Origin: the human T2T-CHM13v2.0 reference genome, Homo sapiens | DNA length: 64,000 nucleotides | Direction: 5' to 3' (one strand) | Assembly: GCF_009914755.1 (NCBI RefSeq) | Contig: NC_060936.1 | Shown here: positions 1 through 17,427 of the stretch, in pieces | How the letters are laid out: every line of letters starts with the position of its first letter | Position numbering within the stretch: the first letter of the stretch is position 1 | Program-made: the position numbers and the translations under genes | The notes under the pieces: generated by a model | What the model was told of the DNA's origin: nothing | The model's database searches: none | The model's input: only the letters and a program-made list of their open reading frames with translations

Positions 1-105
1 TACACATCCACCCATCTGTTTACCCACCCATCAACCCATATATTCGTTCATTCATCCATCAATTCATCCACTCATCCATCTCTCCCACCTACCCCACCCA
101 CCTTC
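1..105 (+). repeat. Degenerate (CCAT/CCAC)n simple repeat
   Basis: ccacccatc/catccatc/cattcatc units at the window start. Confidence 0.7.
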
Positions 106-148
106 TTAAAATCTCTCCAATATAGTAACTTCTCTCCATCCAATTTTC

Positions 149-481
149 TTTTTCTTTTCTTTACTTTTTTTTTTTTTTTTTTTTTTTGGAGACAATGACT
201 CACTCTGTTGTCCAGGCTGGAGTGCAATGCTATGATCTCATCTCACTGCAACCTCTGCCTCCTGGATTCAAGTGATCCTCCCATCTCAGCCTCTTGAGTA
301 GTTGGGACCACACTCATGTGCCACCATGCCTCAGTCATTTTTTTTTTTTTTTTGATTTTTTTTTAGAGACAGAGTTTTGCCATGTTGCCGAGGCTGGTCT
401 CGAACTCCTGGACTCAAGTGATCTGCCCGCCTTGGCCTCCCAAAGTGCTGGGATAACAGGCTTGAGCTACTGTGCCAGGCC
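149..481 (-). mobile_element. Alu (AluJ-like)
   Basis: Poly-T followed by reverse Alu dimer; TSD-like ccatccarttttc on both sides. Confidence 0.9.
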
Positions 482-679
482 CATCCAGTTTTCTTTATTG
501 CATGTCTACAATGATTTCCTCACTTGCCTTCTTGCCTCTGGCCTTTCCCATCTCACTTTTTTTTTTGTCCACAATGAAGGCTGAATGAATGATCTTTCTA
601 CACTTCAGTTTCTTCATTTAAAATAATCAAGGCAATACAATTCATTTCTCTGGATTATTGTAAATGGGATCATTCTCTT

Positions 680-1135
680 CATCCAGAAATTACTTATTGA
701 GCTCCTACTGCAGGAGTCAGTCTCCATTTTAGGCACTGGGTAGACAGCAGCAAACAAGATAGACAGGTTTCCGTCTGTCTTATGGAACTTTCATTCTAGT
801 GAGAGAGACAGGCAGTAACTGCATAATCAAATGTGTGATGCAATTTCAAGCAGTAATAATGCTTAGGAGAAAAACAGTGATGTACATGAAGTGCTTAGCA
901 CCGTGCCTGGCACATACAGATGTTAAATTAATGGTAGTTGTCATATTAACAGTGATTTATATTACCATGTTATTAGTCTCCCTAAAATCTTTCAATGATA
1001 TTTATAATTATTGAGCATTTATTGAACACTTAATATGAACCAATCATTATGCTAAGCAGTTTAATCTCACAACAACCCTATGAGGTGGGTATGATCATTT
1101 CCCCCCACTTCAGCTGTGGATGCTGAGGCACAATC
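680..1135. mobile_element. L2 and MIR fragments
   Basis: ttattgagctcctact...ggcactgg (L2 tail); ctcacaacaaccctatgagg...ccccacttcag..tgaggcaca (MIR core). Confidence 0.6.
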
Positions 1136-1151
1136 CCTCACTGTCTTCTAG

Positions 1152-1928
<777 letters not shown>

Positions 1929-2030
1929 TAACAAGTTTTGCTTTATATTCACCTTTTGAGACCATCAAGAGAGAACATCCATTCAACCAGAGAATCAGAA
2001 GCTAAGTAAAAGTAAAAAAAAAAAAAAAAA

Positions 2031-2384
<354 letters not shown>

Positions 2385-2715
2385 TTATGTATCTGGTTAG
2401 CTAACATGGAGCACTAGGTGGGAAGAGTCAAGTAGTAAGGCAAGCTGGGTCCTGTTGTTCTCTTTCCAAAAGCAAATTTGTCATGGGTTTGATCTTGGTG
2501 AAAAGTGATAAGCTAGTTGGCTGGGGAGAAGTTTAAGTTGAAAGGAGATGCGCTTCTCAGGGTTGGTGGATGTCTATCTCTAAGCCAGGCTAAGGATCCT
2601 AGAAGGGCCCTAAACTGAATTTAAAACTTGATAGGCCTCCAATCCATCTCCCCACACTGCAGCCAGCTAAGCAGGTGGCTCCCACTGCACCCACAAGAAC
2701 ATGCTCTCTTGGTGA

Positions 2716-3231
<516 letters not shown>

Positions 3232-3626
3232 TGATCTTTGAGCTTCAGATGGCCCCACTCTGGCTCCCCTCTGGCCACACTCTTCCTCACAGGGAGAGGA
3301 ATCCATGGGTCCAATGGGATCTGCCCATCTGGAATAGGTGCTCCCCTTCCAGATCACACTTAAGGTACCCTGGACCTCCAAATTCTCTGCCCAAACAGCT
3401 CTGAGCCCATTTCCAGGGACTGCCCAAACCTCCTCCTTGTGCCTGTCTTCCCAAGGGTGGATGACACCACTTGTGTGTGTACCTGCCAGGCCTTCTGGGG
3501 GCCAACAGATGCTTGTTGCTGGCATATGAGCAGAAAACTTGGATGCATGGGCTGGGATCTACACATATATGCAGGGCCTCTCATGGGCAGGAAGGGGAGG
3601 CAGAGAGCTGGAACTTCTGTTCATAC

Positions 3627-4332
<706 letters not shown>

Positions 4333-4607
4333 GTACTCTTTATCTTTGGGGCCCTGCAAGTGTCAGGGATGTCTTAATTGCTGTGAAGTCCTCAATGTTT
4401 AGCCCAGACCCTGGCATACATGGAACATTCCTTAAGTGCTTATGGAATGGGATGGTCTACTGTCTTAAAGAACAACCTCATCGCAATTTAGCCTTGGTGA
4501 GGCATTCGCTGACCCCACTGACTGCTTTATCTTCCAGGGCTAGAAGGCCCAAATCAGCAGCATCCTTCCCTGTCTTTCTCCTAGTCCCATCCTAGCCACA
4601 TAGAATC

Positions 4608-4756
4608 TTTTCTCTCCTCTCCTCCCCTCCCCTCCCCTCCCCTCCCCTCCCCGCTTCCCCTCCTTCCCCTCCCCTCCCTTCCCCTCCCTTCCCCTCCTCT
4701 CCTCTCCTCCTCTCTCCTTCCCTTCTCTTCCCTCTCCTTCCTTCCTCTCCTTCTTT

Positions 4757-4758
<2 letters not shown>
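4608..4758 (+). repeat. Polypyrimidine (CCCCT/CCTT)n tract at an Alu tail
   Basis: About 150 bp almost purely C/T. Confidence 0.9.
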
Positions 4759-5038
<280 letters not shown>

Positions 5039-5389
5039 TGAATTTTTTCATTTCTAAGTTGCTAAGTCCTGCCCTTCCTGCCTCCCTGTCTGTGTCCACA
5101 TTGCTCCCTATGCCTGAAATACCCTCCTTTTCTCCCTCTTGTTCTCCCCTTTTCTGGCTCATACTCATCCTTCAAGGTCAATGCCAGGGAGGTGTCAGTC
5201 TCTGTGGGCCAAGCTCTCAACGCCTGTCCTGCACCACGATTCGCACCATACTTTATCATTGGCACTTGTCTCATTTTCTGCTATCCCTCTAGTTCTATAA
5301 GCACCCTGAGGGCAGAGATCCTTGATTGCAGAGGGATACCCAACACCTGGGTCAGTGCGTGGCACCTTGCGTGTGATCAGTAATAGAAT

Positions 5390-5408
5390 TCACACACACA
5401 CACACACA
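5390..5408 (+). repeat. (CA)n microsatellite
   Basis: cacacacacacacacaca. Confidence 0.9.
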
Positions 5409-5875
5409 GAAAGAATGAGTAGAACATACACATTCCAATTCAGGTTCTCAAACAAAAGTTCTATCTGAGCTGAACCAGGTGACCTGAAACCCTATTCTAC
5501 CCTGTTTTTTGCATAGTGCTAGGCACATAAGCAGTGAGTCTTTGCTGATGAATTAGGAGGATATTTGCATGAAAAAATTCAGTCCAAGGACACAGAGCTA
5601 GTAAAAAGCTGTCAGTGTCTTGAGTTCCTCTGGTACTCAGCCTTCAGGCCCAAAACCCTCTGATATCAGTAGGTCCCAACAACAATGCATTTCTATGTAT
5701 CTCTTAAGTGTGTCATCAACACACAAGCTGCTGCTGTGCTGTGGGAGGCGGGGCGCCATCACTTCTAACGGACGCAGTCTTTGGCAGACGTAAGCTGGAT
5801 GGCTGCCTGCACAGTGTGGTCTCAGCCACACTGAGAATGTAATATATTCTGGTGGGGACCGGGGGATCACATACT

Positions 5876-6625
<750 letters not shown>

Positions 6626-6846
6626 CTGATCTATTAATAAGTGGAAAAAAGCAAGGCACAGAATGGCATGTTCCCATTTGTGTGTGTGTGTGAAAGAATA
6701 TATAGATGTATATGTTTGAAAAAGCACATAATATACCTCTTTCCTACATTGTTTGTCTTCACCAGTTGTCCCTCTGCTTGGAAATTTCTTCCTACCCTCC
6801 CTATTTGTGGAGTTAATTCTCATTCATCTTTAAGACCCATCTCAGA

Positions 6847-7122
6847 GGCTGAGTATGGTGGCTCATGCCTATAGTCCCAGCAATTTGGAAGGCCAACGTT
6901 GGAGCCCAGGAATTCAAGACCAGCCTGGGCAACATAGTGAGACCCTGTCTCTACAAAAAAAATGTAGCTGGGCATGGTGGTATGTGACCATAGTCTCAGC
7001 TACTCAGTAGGCTGAGTAGGGAGGATCACTGGAGCCTGGGAGGTCGAGGCTGCATAATCTGTGATCATGCCACTGTACTCTGGCCTGGGCAACAGAGCAA
7101 GACCCGGTCTCAAAAAATAAAA
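6847..7122 (+). mobile_element. Alu (AluJ-like, small left-arm deletion)
   Basis: ggagcccaggaattcaagaccagcctgggcaacatagtgagaccc; TSD-like aagacccatctcag / aagactcctctcag. Confidence 0.9.
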
Positions 7123-7728
7123 GACTCCTCTCAGGTGTCCCCTTATCCAAGAAGCCTTCCTTGATATGTGCCCCTCTTCTCTTGCTTGTTATATTAATAA
7201 CAATAATGACACCAGCTGACATCGCAGAAGAGGTTTCTTTGTGCCAGGCACTGTGCTGACTGCATCACATACTCATTCTTTACCAGGAATCTAGGAGGGT
7301 GGCCCTTTAAATACTTGCATTTCGCAGGTGAGGAAAGCAAAGCTTGGAGAGAGAATGTGATATTTCCAAGTGGCTGTATAGGATGAAAGCCTCTTTGTCG
7401 CTGAAACTTAAACTCTTAATTATGACACTCTAAGTCTTCCACAGATGTTTGGTGTCTCTACAACTTCCTCTCTGGGTTATGGCCCTTCTTGGTGTTATTT
7501 TTTCAATTGCCTTATAATTATTCTTTTTGTATTGTGGTAATGTACACGTAAAATTTACCATCTTAACAATTTTTAAGTGTACAGCTCAGTGGCATTAAGT
7601 ATATTCATCTTGTGCAATCATCTCTACCGTTTATCTCCAGAACACTTTTCATCTGCAAAACTGAAACTCTATATCCATTAAGCACTGACTCTCCATTTCC
7701 TCCTCCCTCCACTCCCTGGCAACCACAA

Positions 7729-8025
<297 letters not shown>

Positions 8026-8248
8026 TTATTCTACCTTCTCTATGTCTCTATGGTTTTCACTACTTCAGGTACCTCATATAAGTGGAAACATATAGTATTT
8101 GTCCATTTGTGTCTGGCTTATTTCACTTAGCTTAATGCCCATAAGGTTAATCCATGTTGTAGTATATATCAGAATTTCCTTCCTTTTTAGGGATGAATAA
8201 TATTCCATTGTGTGGATATGCTACATTTTGTTTATCCATTCATCTGTT

Positions 8249-8705
8249 TTTTTTTTTTTTTTTTTTTTTTTGAGACAGAGGAGTCTCGCTCTGTCGCCCA
8301 GGCTGGAGCTCAGTGGCACGATCTTGGCTCACTGCAAGCTCCGCCTCCCAGGTTCATGCCATTCTCCTGCCTCATCCTCCTGAGTAGCTGGGACTATAGG
8401 CGCCCCCCACCACACCAGGCTAATTTTTTGTATTTTTAGTAGAGACGGGGTTTCACCACGTTGGTCGGGCTGGTCTTGAACTCCTGATCTCAGGTGATCC
8501 ACCTGCCTCAGCCTTCCAAACTGCCGGGGTTACAGGCTTGAGCCACCATGCCTGGCCTCCTGGCTAATTTTTTTTTTTGTATTTTTTAGTAGAGATGGGG
8601 TTTCACCATGTTAGCCAGGATGGTCTCGATCTCCTGACCTCGTGATCCGCCCGCCTCGGCCTCCCAAAGTGCTGGGATTACAGGCGTGAGCCACCGCGCC
8701 CGGCC
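8249..8705 (-). mobile_element. Three-monomer Alu (left-left-right)
   Basis: Two left arms plus one right arm within a single TSD tatccattcatctgtt (8233-8248, 8706-8721). Confidence 0.9.
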
Positions 8706-9254
8706 TATCCATTCATCTGTTGGTGGACCCTTGGGTTGCTTCCACTTTTTATCTGTTGTGAATAATGCTGCCATGAATATATGTGTACAAATATCTATTT
8801 GAGTCTATACTTTTAATTCTTTTAGATATATACCCACAAGAATTGCTGGAGATGATAATTATACTTTGAATCTTTTTGGGGAACTCCCATATTGTTTTCT
8901 AAAGTGCTTGCTGCACAATTTTACATTCCCAACACCAGTGCCCGAGGGCTCCAATTTTCTACATCCTTGTCACCACTTGTTGTTATCTGTTTTTTTCCCT
9001 TTTGGATAATGACTATTACGTGTATGTGTATGAGGCAGTATCTCATATGGCATCTCATTGTGTAACGAAGTGGTATTTCATTGTGCTTTTGATTTGCATT
9101 TCCCTAATGATTAGTGATGTTGAACATCTTTTCATGTGCTTTTTGGCCATTTGTTTATCTTCTTTGGAGAAATGTGTTTTCAAGTCTTCTGCCCCTTTTA
9201 AAACTGGTTTTGTTGTTGTTATTGAGTTGTAGGAATTCTTTATATACTCTGGAT

Positions 9255-9682
9255 TTTTTTTTTTTTTTTGAGATGGAGTCTCGCTCTGTCACCCAGGCTG
9301 GAGTGCAGTGGCATGATCTCGGCTCACTGCAACCTCTGCCTCCCGGATTCAAGTGATTCTCATGCCTCAGCCTCCTGAGTAGCTGGGAATACAGGTGCGT
9401 GCCACCACACCCAGCTAATTTTTGTATTTTTAGTAGAGATGAGGTTTCACCATGTTGGTTGGGCTGGTCTTGAACTTCTGACCTTGTGATCCATCTGCCT
9501 CGGCCTCTAAAAGTGCTGGGATTACAGGTGCACGCCACCACACCCAGCTAATTTTTGTATTTTTAGTAGAGACGGGGTTTCATCATGTTGGTCAGGCTGG
9601 TCTTGAACTTCTGACCTTGTGATCCATCCGCCTCGGCCTCCCAAAGTGCTGGGATTACAGGCATGAGCCACCATGCCCGACC
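9255..9682 (-). mobile_element. Alu with tandem-duplicated left arm
   Basis: 133 bp internal duplication; TSD tatactctggat (9243-9254, 9683-9694). Confidence 0.9.
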
Positions 9683-10338
9683 TATACTCTGGATATTAAC
9701 CCCTTCTCAGCTATATAATTTGCAAATAGTTTCTTCCCTTCTGTGAGTTGCCTTTTCATTCTGTTGTGTCCTTTGATGCATAGTTTTAAATTTGATGTAG
9801 TTCAATTTGTCTATTTTTTCTTTTGTTGCCATATCCAAGAAATCATTGCTAAATCCAATGTCATGAAGCTTCCCTCTATGTTTCCTTCTAAGAGTTTTGT
9901 AGTTTTAACACTTATGTTTAGGTCATTGATTCATTTTGAATTAATTTTTTATATGATTTAAGGAAAGGATCCTATACAAGGTAAGGGTCCAGACTATCTT
10001 TTCCCTATTGAAGAGTCATGGAACCCTTCTCAAAAATCACTTGGCCATGTATACAAGGGTGGATTTCTTGGCTTTCCATTCAATTTCATTGTTTTATGAC
10101 AGTGCCATGCTGTCTTGATTGCTGTAGCTTTGGACTAAGTTTTGAAATTAGGAAGTGTGAGACCTTAAACTCTGTTCTTTTACAAGATTGTTTTGACTTT
10201 TCAGGGTTCCTTAAGATTTCATATGATTTTTTATTATGAATATTTATATTTCTGCAAAAAACACTCTTGGAATTTTGATAGGGGTTGTAGTAAATCTGTA
10301 GATCACTTTGAGTGATATTTATGTCTTAACAATGTTAA

Positions 10339-10700
<362 letters not shown>

Positions 10701-10792
10701 TGTTTTTGTTTTTTTAACTTATTTTTTGTGAGTACATAGTAGGGGTATCTTCACGTCATTTTATAATTGTGTATACATCTGTTCCACTTCTA

Positions 10793-11105
10793 AAGCTGTG
10801 CTGCCCAGTACAGTAGCCACTAGCTACATATGACTAATGAACACTTGAAATGTGACTGGTCTGAATGAAGATGGCTGTAAGCATAAAGTACATCCTGGGT
10901 TTCAAAGGCTTAATAGGAAAATAATGTAAAATACCTCATTAATAATTTTTTGGTATTGATTACATGTGGAAATGATGACATTTTGGGTTAAATAAAGCAT
11001 TATTAAATTATCTTGACCTGTTTCTTTTTACTTATTTTAATGTTGTTACTAAAAACTTTCAAATTACAAATGTGGCTTGTGTTATATCTCTATTGGACAG
11101 CCTTG
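10793..11105. mobile_element. MER33-like hAT DNA transposon
   Basis: ctgcccagtacagtagccactagctacatatg...ctattggacagc termini, ~310 bp. Confidence 0.75.
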
Positions 11106-12116
11106 CTCAAGACTGTGGCTTCCTTAAGGGTGTGGACCGTACCTTCTCTGTCTCTGTCTGTAGGCCCCAGCACAAAGTTGTAGCGTGTTCCCTGAATATG
11201 TTCACATGAAGTGTTTGGCTTCATTGTGATCTTGCTTCATCTAGCAGTTTTCTTTCTGCACAGTGAGGCTGGGAAGAAATCAGTTGTTTAGCTCAGAATC
11301 ATCATTTGATTGATCCTGCCTTATTAGCTGTGGTGCAAATAGAGGTGGCCCCTTTTCCAAAGGCTGCAGGATGAGGAAGGTGGATTGCAAATAGCAGAGG
11401 CAGAAACTCAGCACTACCATCCTCCATCCTTTATAGGCAGCTTGGAAATCTGGATGGTGGCCTCCGGAGAAATACCTACAGGACAGATTTGCCTCCAGGA
11501 GGTGAATGGTTCTGGCTTTAACAAAGAGAATCTATTCCAGAAGAAGTCAGAAAGAAGATTTTGTTCCTAAATATTGCCTCAGGGGCTCCCAGGAAAAAAA
11601 CAAAACAAAACAACCCCCTCCCAACCCAGAGAAGCAGCAGATGGGGAACATTGGCCAGGATATAACAGTTCTCATTCAATTATAATATTAAATAAAGAAA
11701 TAATAGGAACAGGGCATTTAGTGGTGGGCTTCTGATAACTTAAACCAGGCTAAGTGAACAGGAAGATCAAAGTAACATTATCACAAGTTGAAAAGAAATG
11801 GCCATCAATTTTTTTTTCACTTAATTTTTTCCCGTCTTAATCCTTTTTGAGAGTTGATACTGACTTATATTTGACAAGTCTGGTAACCATTTATATTTAC
11901 TATTAAAAGGGACATTTAAAGCATCTATAAAAAGTCAGGTACTATTTTCCCACTTAGATTTTTTAAGTTTTTAAGTCTTAAATGTTATGTCAGGTCTTTG
12001 GGTCTGTCCAACCTCCTGCCAAGTGGAATGGGAATCCCTGGGTGACTAGGATCAAAGGAGAGAGAAGAAGCCAGTCAAACTTTTGGGCAAATATTTGCCT
12101 TGTCCCTGAGAGAGAG

Positions 12117-12504
12117 TGATACGGTTTTCATGTGTGTCCCTGCCCAAACCTCATGTCAAATTGCAATCTGCAGTGTTGGAGATGGGGCTTGGTGAGAGAT
12201 GGTTAGATCATGGGGGCAAATTTCCCCTTCATGCTGTTCTCACAGTAGAATTCTCATGAGATCTTGTTGTTTAAAAGTGTGCAGCACCTCTCCCTCTCTC
12301 TCCCTTCTGCTCTGGCCATGTGAACATGTGCCTGCTTCCCCTTCGCCTTCTGCCATGATTGTAAGTTCCCTGAGGCCTCCCCAGCCATGCTTCCTGTACA
12401 TCCTGTGGAACCATGAGCCAAGTAAACCTCTTTTCTTTATAAATTACCCATTCTCAAGCGCTTCTTTATAGCAATATGAGAATGTATGAGAATGGACTAA
12501 CACA
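12117..12504 (+). mobile_element. MST (MSTA-like) MaLR solo LTR
   Basis: tgatacggttt...ccatgattgtaagttccctgaggcctccccagcc...ggactaacaca; TG..CA ends. Confidence 0.88.
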
Positions 12505-12984
12505 GAGGGCGTCCAGTGATTCAGTGGGTCTCATCTTCCTCAAGGATCTTTTGATTCCAAGGAACAGAAACCCATTTGGACTTGTTCAGGAAAAGAACTT
12601 ACTGAAAAGGTGCTGTGAAATCTCATGGAACTGCAAAGCATCATGGGATCAATCATTGCAAGCAGCCATGTTTCTTTGTCCCTCTGGGGATGCTTGGTTT
12701 TTGTGCCTCTCTCCTTCCATCCTGTGATTTTCTCTGCTAAGTAACTTCCTTGCTACTCTTCCTTTTTTCGCTCCGTTGATTTCAGTGTGGCTTTGGCCTT
12801 CCATAGAGCCAACACCAGGCCTGACTTTTATGGGCTCAGGACCTACTGCTCTGATAATCATTTCTGTCTCTTTGTAGTAGGAGTCAAAAATCTTAATTAT
12901 TGGGTGAGAGTTCGGGGTCTTCATGGCTCCTAGTAACTTAAAAGTTGTGTAAGGCCTAAATTCCTAGTTTATTTTTCCCATCTT

Positions 12985-13262
12985 TTAATTAAACTTTATT
13001 TTAATTTTTAAATGGACAAATGATAATTGTATGTATTCATGGGGTACCTAGTGGATGTTTTGATACATATAACACATAGTGATCAGATTAGGGTAATTAG
13101 CATGTACAACATCTCAAATATTTATTATTTTTTTGTGTGGGAACAGTCAATATCTTTCTTCTAGCTGTTTTGAAACTATGAATATTTTATTGTCAACTAT
13201 AGTCATCCTACAGTGATAAAGAATACTAGAACTTATTTTTCCTATCTGGCTGCCTAATTTTT
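12985..13262 (-). mobile_element. L1MA-type 3' end fragment
   Basis: ataattgtatgtattcatggggtac...gatcagattagggtaattagcat...actagaacttatt. Confidence 0.8.
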
Positions 13263-13469
13263 GTACAAGTCCTTTAAGTAGAAGTATGGTTTCATTGTAA
13301 GGTCCTTGCTGAGAGCTATGGGATACAGTGAGGTCTTTAGAAATAGACTTTCTCTTGGTCATGTTTACTGTTTGTTACTTCCCAACACCAATTTTTCCCT
13401 CTTTCCTAACAGAACCCTAATTTTGTTCACATATTCTCTCCAACCCCAGCTTTAAGGGTAGACCTAGGC

Positions 13470-13672
13470 GAGGGGTCAGCTAACTTTTTCAGAAAGAGGC
13501 CAGAGAGTAAATATTTTAAGCTTTAGGAGTGAAGGCAAATGGTCTGTATCACAACGAAAGCAGTCATAGACAACTTGCAAATGAGTGTGTGGCTGCATTC
13601 TGGTGACACTTTATTTACGAAAACAGGCCAGTGGGCTACATCTGGTCTGTGGATTGTAGTTTGCTAACCCCA
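13470..13672. mobile_element. MER58A hAT element
   Basis: aggggtcagctaactttt...ggccagagagtaaatatttt...gtttgctaacccc TIRs. Confidence 0.8.
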
Positions 13673-13689
13673 ATGTAGGTTAATCTAAG

Positions 13690-13900
13690 CCAAGGTTTCT
13701 CAAGCTCAGTATTGCATTTTGGATGGATAATTCTTCATGGTGGGGCTGTCCTGTGCATTGCAGGATATTTAACAGCATCCCGGGCCTCTCTGCACTCAAT
13801 GCCAGTAGCACCCACTCCCTTCTCTCCAAGTTGCTACAACCAAAAATGTCTTCAGGCATTGCTGACTGTCCCAGGTAGGGCATCTCCCTGGTGACTGTTA
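13690..13900. mobile_element. MER20 hAT element
   Basis: ggctgtcctgtgcattgcaggatatttaacagcatccc...acaaccaaaaatgtcttcag. Confidence 0.85.
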
Positions 13901-14122
13901 ATGATTCAGACATAGTGACAAGACTCTAGCTGGTTTAAATAGACTAATGGAAAGGACTTAGTGTCTGTTATTTCGGGAGAGGTTCTCTTAGACTTAGATT
14001 GAAAAAGGAAAGCATTAGCAGCAAGTGCCACTGACATCCATACGACCATGCGGAAAATCAGACTCAGAGTGAAGTCTGCACCATGGATGGCAGAGCAGAG
14101 GAACAGCAAGAACCTGGGTTCT

Positions 14123-14440
14123 GGCTGGGTACGGTGGCTTATGCCTGTAATCCCAGCACTTTTGGAGGCTGAGGCAGGTGGATCACCTGAGGTCAGGAGT
14201 TTGAGACCAGCCTGGCCAACATGGCAAAACCCCCATCTCGAATCAAAATACAAAAATTAGCTGGGCGTCGGGGTGCGTGCCTGTAAAATCCCAGCTACTC
14301 TGGAGGCTGAGGCATGAGAATTGTTTGAACCTGGGAGACGGAGATAGCAGTGAGCCAAGATCGTGCTACTGCACTCCAGCCTGGGTGACAGAGTAAGACT
14401 CTCTCAAAACAAGCAAGCAAACAAACAAACAAACAAACAA
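14123..14440 (+). mobile_element. Alu (AluS)
   Basis: (CAAA)n tail; TSD aacctgggtyct. Confidence 0.95.
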
Positions 14441-15199
14441 CCTGGGTCCTTTGGAGCAGCTGAATCAACTGGATCTGAAACTCTCTTTGCATATGGGCTT
14501 TGGTGGGTGAGATGACACATTTTATTGTTTTTGATGGAGCTTCTTAAGGACACTCAGAGAGGTCCTGTGTTCAAAGGATTTCAGTATCTGAGCCTGAAGA
14601 ATGGTTGTATTTGTAATGGCTGAATATCATTCTTAAGGCAAACAGGACAGCAGGGCCTGTGATTAGGGGCAGAGTCCCTCAGCAAGGGTATGGGTGGGGA
14701 GGCACGGATTCGGGTCTCACTACCTTTCTCTTTCTTTTTGGCTCCATACAAGGCTTTGTGTATTTATCTTACTTCCTGGCCCCATGTAAATGTGGTGGTG
14801 CTTCGCATACTGGGGTTGGAATTTTGTGTGGACTTGGGCAGCAGTATGTGTCTTTTAGAGGAACTTGGTCTGCCTGATGGGTTACAGAGAATTTTTTAAA
14901 TGGTTATCTTCCTAGGAAGGAGATTTGACCAGAAAAACAGTGGCAGTGTTTGGTGTCAGGACCTAAATTGCAAATATTGTAGCTGCAAGGATAACGGGAA
15001 ACCAATTTCTATTCAATTCAAATCAGTTTCTTAGGATCATGCCCTTGATGCATTTAAGCCTTCTTGCTTTTCCCACTGTCCTTCGCCTTCCTCCCCCACC
15101 AGCTCTTGGCTGATACTGAGATGGTAAAAATGCACACAGAACAAAATCAACAAAAAGCAAGCTTCTAAGAAGGTTTTCACAGCAAGCCATTGAGTGGTG

Positions 15200-15372
15200 A
15201 CAGAAGTGCTGTTGGACTTGGGCTGAGAGGGCCCTGTCTTCAGAACCTGGCTCTGAGCTGGCAGTTCGCTTCACTTTGCTAAGCCTCAGTTTACCCATCT
15301 GTGGGAATGGGTAGAATGATATGCACCTACCTGCATCCTCTTGAAGACAGAATGAGATAACGTATGTGAAAG
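15200..15372. mobile_element. MIR
   Basis: ctaagcctcagtttacccatctgtgggaatggg. Confidence 0.65.
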
Positions 15373-15693
15373 AGTTAAATGAGGCAGAGAATGAGAGGAG
15401 AGCCGCTTAAACAGAACAAGGTTGTACTCAGTGGATATTTCAGGCCTGCATTCTTCTCCCTGTCACTTTTGGTGGTGCCTGGTGACATCCTAATTCCTTT
15501 TCTACGCGGGATGTTTTTTGGTTGTGGTTGAGGTTTCCTTAGTCCGGGCTGAGATGAACCAGATAAACCGGACATACAGAACTGCAGCATTTGCTGGATA
15601 TTGGTGAGGACATATGGCTCTAGGCAGCAGGCTCAGAGCCAGGTGGTCAGGGGCTCCTGTAGGCGCTTTCCTGTCTCATGGGCAACTGCTGGC

Positions 15694-15987
15694 AGTTTAA
15701 TGGACTCACAATTCCACATGGCTGGGGAGGCCTCACAATCATGGCAGAAGGCCAAGGAGGAGCAAAGTCATGTCTTACATGGCAGCAGGTAAGAGAGTGT
15801 GTGCAGGGGAACTGCCTGTTATAACCATCAGATCTCATGAGACTTATTCACTATCATGAGAACGGCATGGGAAAACCTGCTGCCATGATTCAGTTTCCTC
15901 CCACTGGGTACTTCCCATGACATGTGGGAATTATGGGAGCTACAATTCAAGACGAAATTTGGGTGGGGACACAGCAAAACCATATCA
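15694..15987 (-). mobile_element. THE1 LTR (partial)
   Basis: tttaatggactcacaattccacatggctggggaggcctcacaatcatggcagaagg...ggggacacagcaaaaccatatca. Confidence 0.88.
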
Positions 15988-16129
15988 CCCCCCGCTGCCA
16001 ATGGCTTCCCACTGTATCTAGAATAGCATCCATCATTTCCTACTGTCTGATGGGAAATGTTCTGCCCTGCTTCCTCCAGAGTGGTCGAATTCTCATTTTT
16101 CAGGTATTCACTTAAAATTGTCTCTGACC

Positions 16130-16700
16130 TATTTAAGTCAGGTACCTCCCATCCCCATTGTCTTCATAGTGTTTACAACTGCCCATTATATGCCTGTTTG
16201 CAAGTTTGTTCATTCAGTGTCTGTCTCTTTTACTAGAATGTAAGCTTGGGGAGGGCAGGAACAGTGTCTATCTTATTTACCCCTCTTTCCTTGTGCCTGG
16301 TGCATAGTAGGTGCTTTAGAAATAACTGGTTGAATGAATGAATGCCATCAGGTTTGTGAAATCCCCAGTGATTCTTCACTTCATGCCCTTGGAGGGGGAG
16401 AAGGCTTCATCCAGGTGCTGTGAAGAGCTCTACAACTGGAGCATCATTCCAGTGGGGAAAGAGGTAGGAGAAACTTGCAGGTAAATATGTGCACTGCGTG
16501 CCAGACTCTCTGGGTTCAAATCCCAGCTCTGCCTGTTGCTACTGTGTGCCCTTTAGCAAGGGATTTAACCTCTCTTTCACTCTGATTCCTCCTTTGTCAA
16601 ACAGGGATAACATCAGTATCAGCCTATGAGGGTTAATTGAGGTGATGCTTATGAAACCCTTGGCAGGATGCCTGGCCCACTGGGTGTGCTGAGTGATGGT
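16130..16700. mobile_element. L2 3' end and MIR fragments
   Basis: actagaatgtaagct..gagggcagg...ttgaatgaatgaatg; gggttcaaatcccagctctgcc. Confidence 0.65.
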
Positions 16701-16929
16701 GGCTGTGATTATTCAATTAGCACGTGTTGAACATTTCCATGTCTGTGTGATATTACACCTTTTCTCTTTTTCTATTTTTTTTGAAGTTAAAGCACCATTT
16801 ATTCAACTCTCTGTTGAACATCTGTATTGTACTCCACTCTGGGGATACAGAAATGAGCCCACAAACACAATCCCTGTTGTCATGGGGCTTACATTTTGAT
16901 GGGGAACACAGGCTCTGAACACATAATTA

Positions 16930-17427
<498 letters not shown>

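Larger units (their letters stand above)
13365..14540 (+). mobile_element. MLT1J-like LTR broken by MER58A, MER20 and an Alu
   Basis: cctaacagaaccctaattttgttc ... ggatggcagagcagagg..aagaacctgggt..cctt ggagcagctgaatcaac. Confidence 0.55.
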
